A stretch of 64,000 nt of DNA, taken from contig CAXXMR010000012.1 of assembly GCA_963663805.2 (NCBI GenBank), forward strand, positions 256,001 to 320,000. Reading direction: 5' to 3'. Positions within the stretch are counted from its first letter, which is position 1. Each line of letters starts with the position of its first letter. Position numbers and translations under genes: made by a program. This DNA is from Sedimentisphaerales bacterium. GTDB taxonomy: Bacteria; Planctomycetota; Phycisphaerae; Sedimentisphaerales; SM23-30. The notes beneath the pieces are model-generated. The model did not search any database, was not told the origin of the DNA, and saw nothing but the letters and a program-made list of their open reading frames with translations. This document shows, piece by piece, positions 11,264 through 21,370 of this stretch.

Positions 11264-12463
11264 TTATTCGGCGGAATAAGCGAAAATGGGTTTGGCTTTG
11301 ATTTGGATACGGGCCGGCGCCAGGCGTTTTTCCAGTCGGTCGTTAAGTTCTCGTCTGGTCTGGGCGGTTTTTTCGGGGTCGGCCTGCTCAACCGTTATGC
11401 CGAAAGTGATAAGCAGATATTGAGCTTTATCGCCGCAGCCTTCGACGCGAAGGTCGTGAAAACCGGAGATGTCTTTGTCGCAGGCGACTTCCTCGGCGAC
11501 GATATTGTGTACTTCTTTATAGCGGGGGTGACTTTTGTCGAGGGGGTCAATATGAACGACAGCGGCACCGCCGAGCTGACGTTCGACGGCGGCTTCGACA
11601 CGTTCGGATAAATCGTGGAGGCGGGTCACCGATTCGTCGGCAGCGACTTCGATATGAAGAGAGACCAGACTCATTTGGCCGTAGCGGTGGACAATTACAT
11701 CGTGAACCCCCTGAACACCAGCGATGCTGCCGGCGGCAAACTCAATTTCCTTGAGAACTTCTCGGTCCGGTGCCGTGCCGAGCAAAGGACCGACGGCATC
11801 GCGGGCAATGGCGTATCCACTATAAAGGACAACCGCCGCGACGAGAACACCGCCCACTCCGTCGAGCCAGGTCAGTCCCATTTGGCCAGCGGCCAGGGCG
11901 GCTAGTACAAGTATGGTTGAGAGGGCATCGGAGCGGTGGTGCCAGGCGTCGGCCCGGAGCGTTTGGGACTGAATCATCCGACCCAGCTCAGCGGCGAAGC
12001 GGGCCATTAGTTCTTTGATAATTATGGTGCCGAACAACAGCAAAGCGATTGACCAGGAGATTTTGTCAGCGGCCAGGGCGGGGTTCCAGATGCGAATGGC
12101 TCCTGATTTGAGCAGTTCGAAGCCGGCGACGATGAGCAGTACAGCGACTATGAGGGTGGCGATTGACTCCATACGACCATGGCCGAAAGGGTGTTCTTTG
12201 TCGGCAGGACGGCGGGCAATGGCAAAGCCAATGAGGATGACGATGGATGTGCCGGTGTCGCTGAGGGTGTGGACAGCATCGGCGATGAGCGAGACGCTGC
12301 TGAGCATAATACCAAGGGCGATTTTCAGGGCGAAAAGGAGAAAATTGAGGATGATGCTGGCCCAGGCTTCGAGGGCGCCGAACCGAGCACGTACCTGAAC
12401 ATCGTCGGTGTCATGGTAATTTTTGATGCTATGGCGGACAATGAATCTGGTTAGCCGTTTCAT
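11264..12463 (-). CDS. Cation diffusion facilitator family transporter (FieF-like)
   Basis: SLIADAVHTLSD, PADKEHPFGHGRME, ADAWHHRSD, and a C-terminal dimerisation domain that appears duplicated. Confidence 0.92.
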   Translation of the reverse strand: MKRLTRFIVRHSIKNYHDTDDVQVRARFGALEAWASIILNFLLFALKIALGIMLSSVSLIADAVHTLSDTGTSIVILIGFAIARRPADKEHPFGHGRMESIATLIVAVLLIVAGFELLKSGAIRIWNPALAADKISWSIALLLFGTIIIKELMARFAAELGRMIQSQTLRADAWHHRSDALSTILVLAALAAGQMGLTWLDGVGGVLVAAVVLYSGYAIARDAVGPLLGTAPDREVLKEIEFAAGSIAGVQGVHDVIVHRYGQMSLVSLHIEVAADESVTRLHDLSERVEAAVERQLGGAAVVHIDPLDKSHPRYKEVHNIVAEEVACDKDISGFHDLRVEGCGDKAQYLLITFGITVEQADPEKTAQTRRELNDRLEKRLAPARIQIKAKPIFAYSAE

Positions 12464-12715
12464 GGTGGTATCCTAATGTGGGATTTGGGGTTAGGTCAAT
12501 TTTATTTATGTACGCAGCCTGCAATGGAATAAATCAATCCTTGTTGTTGTAATACCTCATAGTATGGCGTTCACCGTAAAACATTTCTGGTAGGCCCAGG
12601 CGAGCTTAGGACTGATGCTGTAATGGCTGAAATTTTGAGTTGGGCGGGTTTGGGGGCCGATAATACCTAAGTTATTATGTTTAGTATTACTTTGAAATAG
12701 CTGGGAAGAATAATT

Positions 12716-15700
12716 ATGGCATCTAGCGGACAGGTTAATCGGGTAGCTCTGGGGGCTTTGGGGCTGGCGAGTTGCGTTTTTGGGTTTATCAGCCTGGTGA
12801 GTTTCAGTGTTAATGACTGGCCTAACCCTGATGTTATACGCGGCGGCGAGGTGGATAACCTATGCGGACCGGCGGGGGCCTGGGTAGCGTATTACAGTAA
12901 CTATTATATCGGGCCAGCGGGGATTCCGGTGCTGCTGGCTTTGGCGGGCTGGGTGGTGCTACGGTGCATGGGAAGGCAGATTAATCAGCCGGTATTGCGG
13001 ACAATCGGGCTGGTTTTGATAGCTGGGGCAATTTCCGGTAGTGCCTATCTGATCAATCCGGGCGACAGTGAGTCGCTGACGCATGGCAACGGCGGGGTTT
13101 TGGGGATAGCGATAGGGTATTTCCTGAAAACTAATACGGCTTTGACAGGTTCGGTGCTGATAATCGCGGCGATGCTGATAGTGGGGCTGCTGATGGCGGC
13201 AGATAATATACTGGCGTTGATACCGGGGATTCTGGTAGCGATGTTCCATTTGGGGCGGCGGGCGAAAATCGGTCCGAAGGGCGGTCTTAGAGGTTTGTTT
13301 GGCGGACGCGACAAGAAACTGGCGTTGGAAGCAATGCCGCGAGCATCGTCGGCCCTGGCGATTTCGCAAACTGAGGCGGCAATAAGAGAGGTTACCCGGC
13401 TGGCGGAGGAGGAAGAATATGAAGAGGAGGACGAGGAAGAATACGAGGATGAGGATGAGGACGTAGATGCCGAGGACGAGGAAGAGGAGGAGGAAGAAGA
13501 AACCGAGCTTCAGAATAACAGCAAGAAAGAGACTATTGACAAGAGCAAAATAGCTAATTCTCTGGAGGCGGTCACAGAGGCATTGGCGGCGGTTCTGGGT
13601 CGGCCCAAGATGAGCGCCAGTGATGTGGCAGAACTGAAGGAGCAGGATTATAGTGGTTATATCTATCCGCCTTTGACGCTGCTGGCTAAGCCGGAGCCGG
13701 GTTTCTCGAATTTGCAGGAAAAGATAGTCAAGGCCAAGGCCGAGGTGCTGGAACGGACGCTCAAGGAATTTAATCTGGATGCGCGGGTGGTGGCTTATGA
13801 GACCGGGCCGGTGATTACCATGTTCGAGATTGAGCTGGCGCCGGGGCTGAAGGTGTCTCGGATAACAAGTCTGTCCAATGATATGGCCCGGGCGCTGGGG
13901 GCTCAGTCGGTGCGGGTGGTGGCACCGATTCCGGGTAAGCATACAATCGGGGTGGAAGTGCCGAACAGTGAAAAGGAAAAAGTTCGCCTGATGGAGCTGC
14001 TGTACCTTTGGGGCAGAAAGCCCAAGAAGATGCACATTCCGGTATTTCTGGGCAAGGACGCTTCGGGCGACCCGCTGGTGTCGGATTTGACGGCGATGCC
14101 GCACTGTCTGATGGCAGGTACGACCGGTTCGGGTAAGAGTGTATGTCTGAACAGTATCATCGTGAGTATTCTGCTGACCCAGCGGCCTGACATGGTCAAG
14201 CTGATTCTGGTGGACCCAAAGATGGTGGAAATGAATGCCTATCGGGATGTTCCGCATTTGATGTGTCCGATCATTACGGAGATGAAGCGGGCTGAGCAGA
14301 TGCTGGAATGGCTGACGGTCAAGATGGATGAGCGGTATGCCCTGCTGGCTGAGGCGCGGGTACGTAATATCGAAGGTTATAACCTTCTGACTAAAGATGA
14401 GATATACGAGCGGTTCTGTCCGAGTAACGAAGAAGAACGGGCCAAGATTCCCACGCGGCTGCCTTATATTGTGGTGATTATCGATGAGCTGGCGGACTTG
14501 ATGATGACCTCGGCCAAGGAAGTTGAGTCTTATATTATCCGTATCGCCCAGAAGAGCCGGGCGGTTGGTATTCATCTGGTGGTAGCGACGCAGCGGCCCC
14601 AGGCGACGGTGGTTACGGGTTTGATTAAGAGTAATCTGCCGGCGCGGATCAGCTTCCGGGTGGCGGCCCGGATGGACAGCCGGATTGTACTGGACCAGAA
14701 CGGCGCCGAAACCTTGTTGGGCCAGGGGGATATGCTGTTCCTCAAACCGGGCACGAGTGATTTGGTACGCAGCCAGGGTACTTATGTGGGTGACGATGAG
14801 ATTCATCGGATTGTGACGCACCTGAGGGAGGTGGCGGCTCCGACGTATCATCCAGAGCTGATGCAGCTTAACCGGCGTAGTTCGGCAGTTGACATGGAGA
14901 AGGACGAGCTGTTTGACGACGCGGTGCGAATCGTGATAGAGACCCAGCGGGGCAGTGTATCGCTGCTGCAGCGTCGGCTGACGATTGGGTATTCGCGGGC
15001 TTCACGTTTGATTGACCAGATGGCTTTGGCGGGGATTGTGGGCGATTATAAGGGTTCGCAGGCCCGTGAGGTTCTGATTACGCTGGACGAGTTTGAGGCG
15101 ATTCGGGCACAGATGGCCCGGGACGAAGGGTCGGGCTTTAAGGACATGCAGGCCGAGGTGGTTGAAGGGCCTTTGGGCGGGGGCGGAACCGGTGAAATTG
15201 CCGCTGCCGACGGGGGAATTTTGGTAGTTGACGACGAGGCGATGAGTGATAATGATATGCTGGCTGGGCAGGTCGCGGAGGTCCGCGAGGCGGTCCGGAC
15301 CGGCGGCACTGAGAAAGTGAAGAAGGAAGATAAGATTAAGACTCCCGATGAGATTATCGAGGAGGCAATCAGTGCCGTGCAGGTTGAAGAATTACCAGTG
15401 GAAGTCGCCGAGGGTTCGGAGATGGAAAAAGAAGTGGATAATGTAAGTCCATCGGCCCCGGTATTGGATAAGGATGAACAAGAAATGAAAGCGGAAACAG
15501 AAACAACAGTCCTGAAAAAGCAAGAGGAATTGGCCAATCAATTTGGCGATGAGGCTGAGGACGTCATTGATGATGACAGCATTGACTTAGAAGAAGATGA
15601 ATACGACGATGATTTGGATTTGGACCTAGATGATGATGAAGAAGAGGAGTTTGAGGAGGAATATGGTCTGGACGACGACGACGAGGAAGAAGAAGAAATA

Positions 15701-15805
15701 GAGGATTCGCTCCAGGACGACGAAGAGGACGACGAAGAGGAGGAAGATACCCAGTATGAGTATCTGGATGATGAAGACGAAGAGGAGGAGGAAGATGAAG
15801 ATTAA
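12716..15805 (+). CDS. ftsK: DNA translocase FtsK/SpoIIIE with acidic linker and long acidic C-terminal tail
   Basis: N-terminal TM domain, Walker A AGTTGSGKS, IIDELADLMM, ATQRP, LLGQGDML, gamma domain GSVSLLQRRLTIGYSRASRLID. Confidence 0.95.
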   Translation: MASSGQVNRVALGALGLASCVFGFISLVSFSVNDWPNPDVIRGGEVDNLCGPAGAWVAYYSNYYIGPAGIPVLLALAGWVVLRCMGRQINQPVLRTIGLVLIAGAISGSAYLINPGDSESLTHGNGGVLGIAIGYFLKTNTALTGSVLIIAAMLIVGLLMAADNILALIPGILVAMFHLGRRAKIGPKGGLRGLFGGRDKKLALEAMPRASSALAISQTEAAIREVTRLAEEEEYEEEDEEEYEDEDEDVDAEDEEEEEEEETELQNNSKKETIDKSKIANSLEAVTEALAAVLGRPKMSASDVAELKEQDYSGYIYPPLTLLAKPEPGFSNLQEKIVKAKAEVLERTLKEFNLDARVVAYETGPVITMFEIELAPGLKVSRITSLSNDMARALGAQSVRVVAPIPGKHTIGVEVPNSEKEKVRLMELLYLWGRKPKKMHIPVFLGKDASGDPLVSDLTAMPHCLMAGTTGSGKSVCLNSIIVSILLTQRPDMVKLILVDPKMVEMNAYRDVPHLMCPIITEMKRAEQMLEWLTVKMDERYALLAEARVRNIEGYNLLTKDEIYERFCPSNEEERAKIPTRLPYIVVIIDELADLMMTSAKEVESYIIRIAQKSRAVGIHLVVATQRPQATVVTGLIKSNLPARISFRVAARMDSRIVLDQNGAETLLGQGDMLFLKPGTSDLVRSQGTYVGDDEIHRIVTHLREVAAPTYHPELMQLNRRSSAVDMEKDELFDDAVRIVIETQRGSVSLLQRRLTIGYSRASRLIDQMALAGIVGDYKGSQAREVLITLDEFEAIRAQMARDEGSGFKDMQAEVVEGPLGGGGTGEIAAADGGILVVDDEAMSDNDMLAGQVAEVREAVRTGGTEKVKKEDKIKTPDEIIEEAISAVQVEELPVEVAEGSEMEKEVDNVSPSAPVLDKDEQEMKAETETTVLKKQEELANQFGDEAEDVIDDDSIDLEEDEYDDDLDLDLDDDEEEEFEEEYGLDDDDEEEEEIEDSLQDDEEDDEEEEDTQYEYLDDEDEEEEEDED

Positions 15806-15829
15806 GGCTGCGGCCTGAATGTGATTTTG

Positions 15830-15868
15830 ACCGGCGGCGTTGCGGGAAGCGGTGCCGTCGGTTTTTTT
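15830..15868 (+). terminator. Rho-independent terminator after ftsK
   Basis: ACCGGCGGCGTTGC / GCGGTGCCGTCGGT stem followed by a T run. Confidence 0.65.
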
Positions 15869-15967
15869 ATTTAACGGCAAGAGTGGATTAACGGGATTTA
15901 TTCAAAGAAATAAGGGATAAGAAATACAAAACAACGGGGGGATATATTTGAAAGTGAAATTCGATTT

Positions 15968-17380
15968 ATGGCCAAGCGTAAGCGAGAGGATGAAATGGTT
16001 AGCGTTAGTTTTGTGACGCTGGGCTGCGCCAAGAATCTGGTGGACACTGAAAAGATGCTGGGTCTGCTGGCTGAAGGCGGGCTGGCGATTGTGGCGGCGG
16101 ATATGCTGGCGGATGTTACGATAATCAATACCTGTGGTTTTATCGAGGACGCCCGGCAGGAGGCCCTGGAAGAGATTGACCGGGCCCTGGAAGCTAAACA
16201 GGCCGGTGAGGTGGGACGGGTTATCGTTACGGGTTGTCTGGCCCAGTATTGGGGTGAGCGTTTATTCGCGGAGCGGCCCGGCATTGACGCGGTAGTGGGC
16301 CTGAGCAGCCGGGATGAGATAGCGAAGATTGCGCTGACAGTGGCGAATAAATCGGGGACAGCCATTGAAAATGGAGAGTTTACGGGGGTAAGTAACGACC
16401 AGACGCGTTTGCGGATTACGGAGGGGTGCTGGAGTTATCTGCGGATTAGCGAAGGGTGCGACCGCTGGTGCAGTTTTTGTACGATACCGCTTATCAGGGG
16501 CAAGTTTCGCAGTAAGCGGCCCGATGCGATTTTGGCAGAAGCCGCGGAGCTGGCCGGCGACGGGGTGCGGGAACTTAATCTTATTGGTCAGGAGACCAGC
16601 CGATATGGCGATGATATTGGTTATGAAGCGGGTCTGGCGGGACTGCTGCGAGAGCTGGATAAGGTCGATGGTTTGCGGTGGGTGCGGGTGATATATACAC
16701 ATCCGGCTAGTATGAGTAATGAACTTATCGAGGCGATGAGTCAGTGCAAAAAGGTGGTGCCTTATGTGGATATGCCTTTGCAGCATATTAACGACCGGAT
16801 TTTGAAATTGATGAAGCGGCGTGTCGGACGAGCGGATACGGAAAAACTACTCATAAAGATGAGGGAGCGGATACCGAACCTTAGTTTGCGGACGACGATG
16901 CTGGTGGGTTTCCCTTCGGAGACGGAGGCGGAGTTTGCGGAACTGCTGGAGTTTGTCAAGCAGCAGCGATTTGAGGCCCTGGGCTGTTTCGCTTATTCGC
17001 TGGAGAAGGATACGAAGTCAGCGGAGGCTGGGCCAATGGTGCCCTCTGAAGTGCGTCAGGAGCGGGCAGCTCGTTTGATGGAAGCTCAGCAGGAAATAGC
17101 TTTCGCTAAAGCGGATGAGTTAAAGGGTAAAGAAGTTGAATGTATGATTCTGGCTCAGTATCCGCCAAGTGAGTCGGCGGAGCTGGGGCTAAAAACGAAT
17201 CGTGATTTTTATCAGGCACGCAGTGCGGCCCAGGCGCCGGAGATGGACAGCGAATGCTGGCTGCGGGTTGAGGATGCGAAACTGGCCAAGCGAATCGCGG
17301 AGGGCAGTTTTGTGCGGGCGAGAATCGAGGGACGCTCAGATTATGATTTACGGGGTGTCGTCAAGGAAATAGTGGGATAG
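15968..17380 (+). CDS. rimO: Ribosomal protein S12 methylthiotransferase RimO
   Basis: TLGCAKNLVDTE, NTCGFI, radical-SAM motif CDRWCSFC, C-terminal TRAM-like region; ftsK-rimO-pgsA context. Confidence 0.93.
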   Translation: MAKRKREDEMVSVSFVTLGCAKNLVDTEKMLGLLAEGGLAIVAADMLADVTIINTCGFIEDARQEALEEIDRALEAKQAGEVGRVIVTGCLAQYWGERLFAERPGIDAVVGLSSRDEIAKIALTVANKSGTAIENGEFTGVSNDQTRLRITEGCWSYLRISEGCDRWCSFCTIPLIRGKFRSKRPDAILAEAAELAGDGVRELNLIGQETSRYGDDIGYEAGLAGLLRELDKVDGLRWVRVIYTHPASMSNELIEAMSQCKKVVPYVDMPLQHINDRILKLMKRRVGRADTEKLLIKMRERIPNLSLRTTMLVGFPSETEAEFAELLEFVKQQRFEALGCFAYSLEKDTKSAEAGPMVPSEVRQERAARLMEAQQEIAFAKADELKGKEVECMILAQYPPSESAELGLKTNRDFYQARSAAQAPEMDSECWLRVEDAKLAKRIAEGSFVRARIEGRSDYDLRGVVKEIVG

Positions 17381-17384
17381 GATT

Positions 17385-18017
17385 ATGCAAAAGTTTGTAC
17401 GGGCAATACCGAATCTGCTGACGTGGCTGCGGCTGGTTCTTACGATAGGTTTTCTGCTGCTGTTGGTGCATTGCGATGTGGAAGGGCTGGCTTCGGGTGA
17501 AGCTAAGGGTAAGGTAACCTGGGCACTGGTGCTGATTGCTTTGGGCGGAATAACCGATGTACTGGATGGTAAGATCGCGCGGAAGTATCACGTAACCAGT
17601 CTGTTCGGCAAGATGTTCGACCCGCTGGTTGATAAAATTATGATTTGCGGCGGTTTTATCGCGGTGATGCTTTGGGGGCAGGAAGTAACCGGAGTGGCCT
17701 GGTGGATGCTGGCGGTGATTCTGCTGCGAGAGCTGATGGTGACAATATTACGTCAGTTCGGCAAAGCCGCTGGCGCTGCCTTTGGAGCAAATTGGGCCGG
17801 CAAAACCAAAATGGTATTTCAGACCCTGGCCCTTTTCGCCGTGGTGGTCCAGGCAGGCTATATCCAGCAAAGATGGGGAGCGATAGTACGAGATGTTCTG
17901 CTTTACCTGGCGGTTGTTTTCACGGTCTTCTCAGGAATTACCTACCTGCCAAGAATTAAGATGATAAATGGAGTACGAACGGGGAACTCAGGGGTAAAAC
18001 GTGACCCCAAACAATAA
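17385..18017 (+). CDS. pgsA: CDP-diacylglycerol--glycerol-3-phosphate 3-phosphatidyltransferase
   Basis: IPNLLTWLR, TDVLDGKIARK...FGKMFDPLVDK CDP-alcohol motif, GKTKMVFQ. Confidence 0.9.
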   Translation: MQKFVRAIPNLLTWLRLVLTIGFLLLLVHCDVEGLASGEAKGKVTWALVLIALGGITDVLDGKIARKYHVTSLFGKMFDPLVDKIMICGGFIAVMLWGQEVTGVAWWMLAVILLRELMVTILRQFGKAAGAAFGANWAGKTKMVFQTLALFAVVVQAGYIQQRWGAIVRDVLLYLAVVFTVFSGITYLPRIKMINGVRTGNSGVKRDPKQ

Positions 18018-19410
18018 TATTCGACTTATATTTGACCAGGGAACATTGGTGCTTTTTGGTGCCGGCAGGGATGAACTGCCGGGGATGGACCAGCGCTGTC
18101 AGTGGGGCTGGGACGAGCGCGTGGGGGCCTGGCGCTGTGATGCTATTCATTACGCCACTGTGACCGAAGGTTTGCGGCAGCGCTTTGGTTATCTGCTGCA
18201 TAACGAAGTCATTCAGCCCAAAAATGTCTGTTGGCAGGAAATCAATTTGCCGAAACTGAGACCGGAGCAGATCGCGGCACTGGACGGCTGGCACGAAAAA
18301 CACTGTCGCGGGCAAGTCATCATGCCAACCGGAACCGGCAAGACCGAAGTCGCCCTGGCGGCCCTGACTCGGACACATACCGCTACGCTGGTTGTGGCCC
18401 CGGTGCGGGATTTGATGTACCAGTGGCATCGACGGATACTTAAGGCCTTCAATTATGATGCGGGAATCGTCGGCGATAATCTTTATAATCTCAAACCGAT
18501 TACTGTGACAACTTACGACAGCGCCTATATTCACATGCCGAAAATTGGGGCGGGGTTCGGCCTGCTGATTTTTGACGAGGAACATCATCTGCCCGGCAAA
18601 TGTCGTCGGGAAGCAGCTATTTGCAGCACCGCCCCGATGCGACTGGGACTGACCGCTACGCCGGAACGGGCCGATGAACTGCATCTGGACCTTAACTGGC
18701 TGGTTGGTCCGGTCGCTTATGATATGCCCCTGTCCCAAGCCAGAGGAAAAACCCTGGCGGATTTTGACATCGTGCGCATCCCGGTGGCCTTGAGCGATGA
18801 TGAACAGAGAAACTATGACCAGTGCAGTCAACTGATTCAGCAATTCATATACAATCGAAGAATGGACCAGCCGAAATATGACTGGCAGGACCTTTGCCGC
18901 GAGTCCGGCAACGACCCGCAGGCTCGTCAGGCCCAAAAGGCTTATTATATCAAAAAATCTATCGAAGACCGGGCCACGGAAAAACTGCGGGTGCTCGAAG
19001 ATTTATTTCGATTACATGCCGGCCAACCAGTAATAGTATTTACCGGTTCAAACGCGATGGCCATCGATGTGTCACAGCGTTTTCTTGTGCCGACTATTCT
19101 GTCGCACACCAAAAAGCGAGAGCGGCTCGAAGTACTTGAGAAATTCGCTGACGGTCGGCTGCCGGTGCTGGTGGCCAATCGGGTTCTCGATGAAGGCGTT
19201 GATGTCCCCGAAGCAAAAGTCGCGATTGTCATCGGCGGCCAGGCCAATACCCGCCAGGCAAAACAGCGACTAGGAAGAATCCTCAGACGCTCGGCTAACC
19301 AGCGGGCGATATTATATGAAGTAGTGTGCGAGAATACCAAAGAAGTGCAACGATCCCGACAGAGACGCAAAAGCGATGCTTACGAGCGAACACGCCATCG
19401 TAGAATATAA
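18001..19410 (+). CDS. SF2 helicase, XPB/Rad25/SSL2-like
   Basis: Walker A MPTGTGKT, DEEHH, LGLTATPER, VLDEGVDVP, QRLGRILR. Confidence 0.9.
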   Translation: MTPNNNIRLIFDQGTLVLFGAGRDELPGMDQRCQWGWDERVGAWRCDAIHYATVTEGLRQRFGYLLHNEVIQPKNVCWQEINLPKLRPEQIAALDGWHEKHCRGQVIMPTGTGKTEVALAALTRTHTATLVVAPVRDLMYQWHRRILKAFNYDAGIVGDNLYNLKPITVTTYDSAYIHMPKIGAGFGLLIFDEEHHLPGKCRREAAICSTAPMRLGLTATPERADELHLDLNWLVGPVAYDMPLSQARGKTLADFDIVRIPVALSDDEQRNYDQCSQLIQQFIYNRRMDQPKYDWQDLCRESGNDPQARQAQKAYYIKKSIEDRATEKLRVLEDLFRLHAGQPVIVFTGSNAMAIDVSQRFLVPTILSHTKKRERLEVLEKFADGRLPVLVANRVLDEGVDVPEAKVAIVIGGQANTRQAKQRLGRILRRSANQRAILYEVVCENTKEVQRSRQRRKSDAYERTRHRRI

Positions 19411-20593
19411 ATCCGGCCAGGCTATTCCTGACCGCCTGACCCGCAATACACATCAGCATTATATTGCCTATGCCGAGCAGATGCTGTGCATTTATCGCGA
19501 GGGTATCGGCAGCCAGCGTCGCTATCTGCATCGGACCGTCAGTAATCTTTTCGCTGAGGAACCGGATTGTCCGTTACGCCGTATCCAGGCTTTTTGTAAA
19601 CTGCTGGACGACAAAAGTGAATATCACACTGACCCGCAGGGCGAGGCTTCACGCCTGCGGCTGAAAGTTTTTAACGAAGCCGCAAAATTACATCCGCTCG
19701 TCCAGCAGCCCGACGCCTTGTTTGAACACGACAACCTCCATGCGAAACTGCAAATCGCTGCCGGCCTAAAACTTTCAGTTGAGCAGATGGAACAACAGCT
19801 TTATGCCGATGTGATTCCCTTTCAACGCCTGAAAAACTTTGAAGGCTATCCCGACGCCGCGGCGGTTCTGTCGCGTTATAATATCGCTCAGTTGCAGGCC
19901 TGTCTTTATCGTGCGGAAAATATGACCGTAATCGCAACTGCGGATTTCAAGACCATTCTGCGCTATGCCAAACTGGCCCGACTATTGCACGAGATACAAG
20001 CTCAAGGGCCGTCAAAATATAAAATAGTTTTTTCCGGGCCCGCCTCGGTATTGCGGGAAACCCGTCGTTACGGTGTTAATTTCGCAAAATTCCTACCGGC
20101 ATTATTGGCCTGTAAAGGCTGGCAAATGACCGCCCGGCTGAAAGCTCCCTGGGGCCAACCGGTAAAACTGCAATTAAGCGACAAGGATAATTTCACCAGC
20201 CATCTACCCGTGCCAGCCGAGTTCGACTCGACCCTGGAGCAAAAGTTTGCCGAAAATTTCGGCGAATCACGCGCCGGCTGGCAGCTAATCCGCGAAGGTG
20301 AAATTCTCCACGAACACCAGACTGCTTTTGTACCAGACTTCGTCTTCCGACACGAAGACGGCACCGAAGTTTTATTCGAAATCGTCGGATTCTGGACCCC
20401 CGAATATCTCGACCACCGCCGAAAAACCCTGGCAAGATTCAGGGAACAACAAATCATGATCGCCCTGCCCAAAGCCTCTCTGAAAGAAGGAGTCACCCCC
20501 AGCGAAAATGTAATTCTCTACAAAACCACCATAAAAGTCGCCACCGTAGTAGAAGCCCTCGAAAAAATCCGAAATCCCAAAAGCACGAAGTGA
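19376..20593 (+). CDS. DUF790 (Bax1-like) endonuclease
   Basis: RYNIAQLQACL, SGPASV...RYG...FLPALL, FDSTLE, PDF...FEIVGFWTPEYL; overlaps the helicase 3' end. Confidence 0.88.
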   Translation: MLTSEHAIVEYKSGQAIPDRLTRNTHQHYIAYAEQMLCIYREGIGSQRRYLHRTVSNLFAEEPDCPLRRIQAFCKLLDDKSEYHTDPQGEASRLRLKVFNEAAKLHPLVQQPDALFEHDNLHAKLQIAAGLKLSVEQMEQQLYADVIPFQRLKNFEGYPDAAAVLSRYNIAQLQACLYRAENMTVIATADFKTILRYAKLARLLHEIQAQGPSKYKIVFSGPASVLRETRRYGVNFAKFLPALLACKGWQMTARLKAPWGQPVKLQLSDKDNFTSHLPVPAEFDSTLEQKFAENFGESRAGWQLIREGEILHEHQTAFVPDFVFRHEDGTEVLFEIVGFWTPEYLDHRRKTLARFREQQIMIALPKASLKEGVTPSENVILYKTTIKVATVVEALEKIRNPKSTK

Positions 20594-20623
20594 AAATATT
20601 GGACGTTATAACCTTTACCGGTA

Positions 20624-20679
20624 CCCTATCATCAGCGTCGCCAGAAAACCCAGCAGCAAACACCCCACCACATTAACTA
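20624..20679 (-). repeat. 56-bp duplicated internal fragment of crcB (copy of 21707-21762)
   Basis: 54/56 identical to 21707-21762; encodes VNVVGCLLLGFLATLMIG. Confidence 0.9.
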
Positions 20680-20680
20680 A

Positions 20681-20830
20681 AGCTAGCATAACTGTGGCGG
20701 CGTTCCTTTTACGCGCCATCATAAAAAATATGGGAATTTTTAGGTCAAAACAGTGGACATTCAGTATAATAGTTAAGATAAGGGCGTTCCAGGGTGGAGC
20801 CTGAATATAGATCGAGTTTCGAAAAGGAGA
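20681..20830 (+). promoter_or_regulatory. Shared 150-bp promoter/5' leader, copy 1
   Basis: Ungapped match to 22067-22216 (about 132/150 by manual count). Contains a hairpin, TATAAT, a second stem-loop and the SD sequence AAGGAGA. Confidence 0.8.
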
Positions 20831-20831
20831 C

Positions 20832-21347
20832 ATGGGTATGAAAAGATTAATCTGTTTGTTTGTGTTTCTTTGTGCGTTTCCAGCAAATGCAAGTCTTGAA
20901 ATTAATCTCGAACCAATTTTTATCGATTTGTTAACGCCTGGCAGTACAGGTACATTAAGCGTTATCTGCTCTAATGAAGATGAGGATTTTTCGGTATATC
21001 TGGATATATTACATATTGATGACGGAATCCTTGCTAACCTTTGGGACTCCAGGACAGGAGAGATTGAGTGTAACTTAATGATGATAATTACAGCACCTGT
21101 TGACCCTGACCCAGATTTTGTATTAGGTGAACCAGCGATGGAAATTGCTGCTGGCGATTCGGGATCTTTTCTAGGACCTTACCCAATTACAGACGGGTAT
21201 CGCATAGAGTTTAATCGTGAGCAAGCAATAGGATATGCCCCAAATGGTATAATTGGTTCAGTTGACTTGACCATTGTACCAGAACCCACAGGCTTATTTT
21301 TCCTTGGCATAGGGGCTTTGCTGGTAAGAAGAAAAACTCAGGCATAA
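20832..21347 (+). CDS. PEP-CTERM sorting domain protein
   Basis: Signal peptide MKRLICLFVFLCAFPANA; C-terminal VPEPTGLFFLGIGALLVRRK. Confidence 0.9.
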   Translation: MGMKRLICLFVFLCAFPANASLEINLEPIFIDLLTPGSTGTLSVICSNEDEDFSVYLDILHIDDGILANLWDSRTGEIECNLMMIITAPVDPDPDFVLGEPAMEIAAGDSGSFLGPYPITDGYRIEFNREQAIGYAPNGIIGSVDLTIVPEPTGLFFLGIGALLVRRKTQA

Positions 21348-21370
21348 TTAACACAATGAGTAAAACAGCC

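Noticed and set aside
12959..14851. 630-aa antisense ORF inside ftsK
   Set aside because: Shadow ORF opposite a conserved gene; no recognisable motifs.
20615..20833. 72-aa minus-strand ORF
   Set aside because: A chimera of the antisense leader and the 56-bp crcB fragment, not an independent gene.
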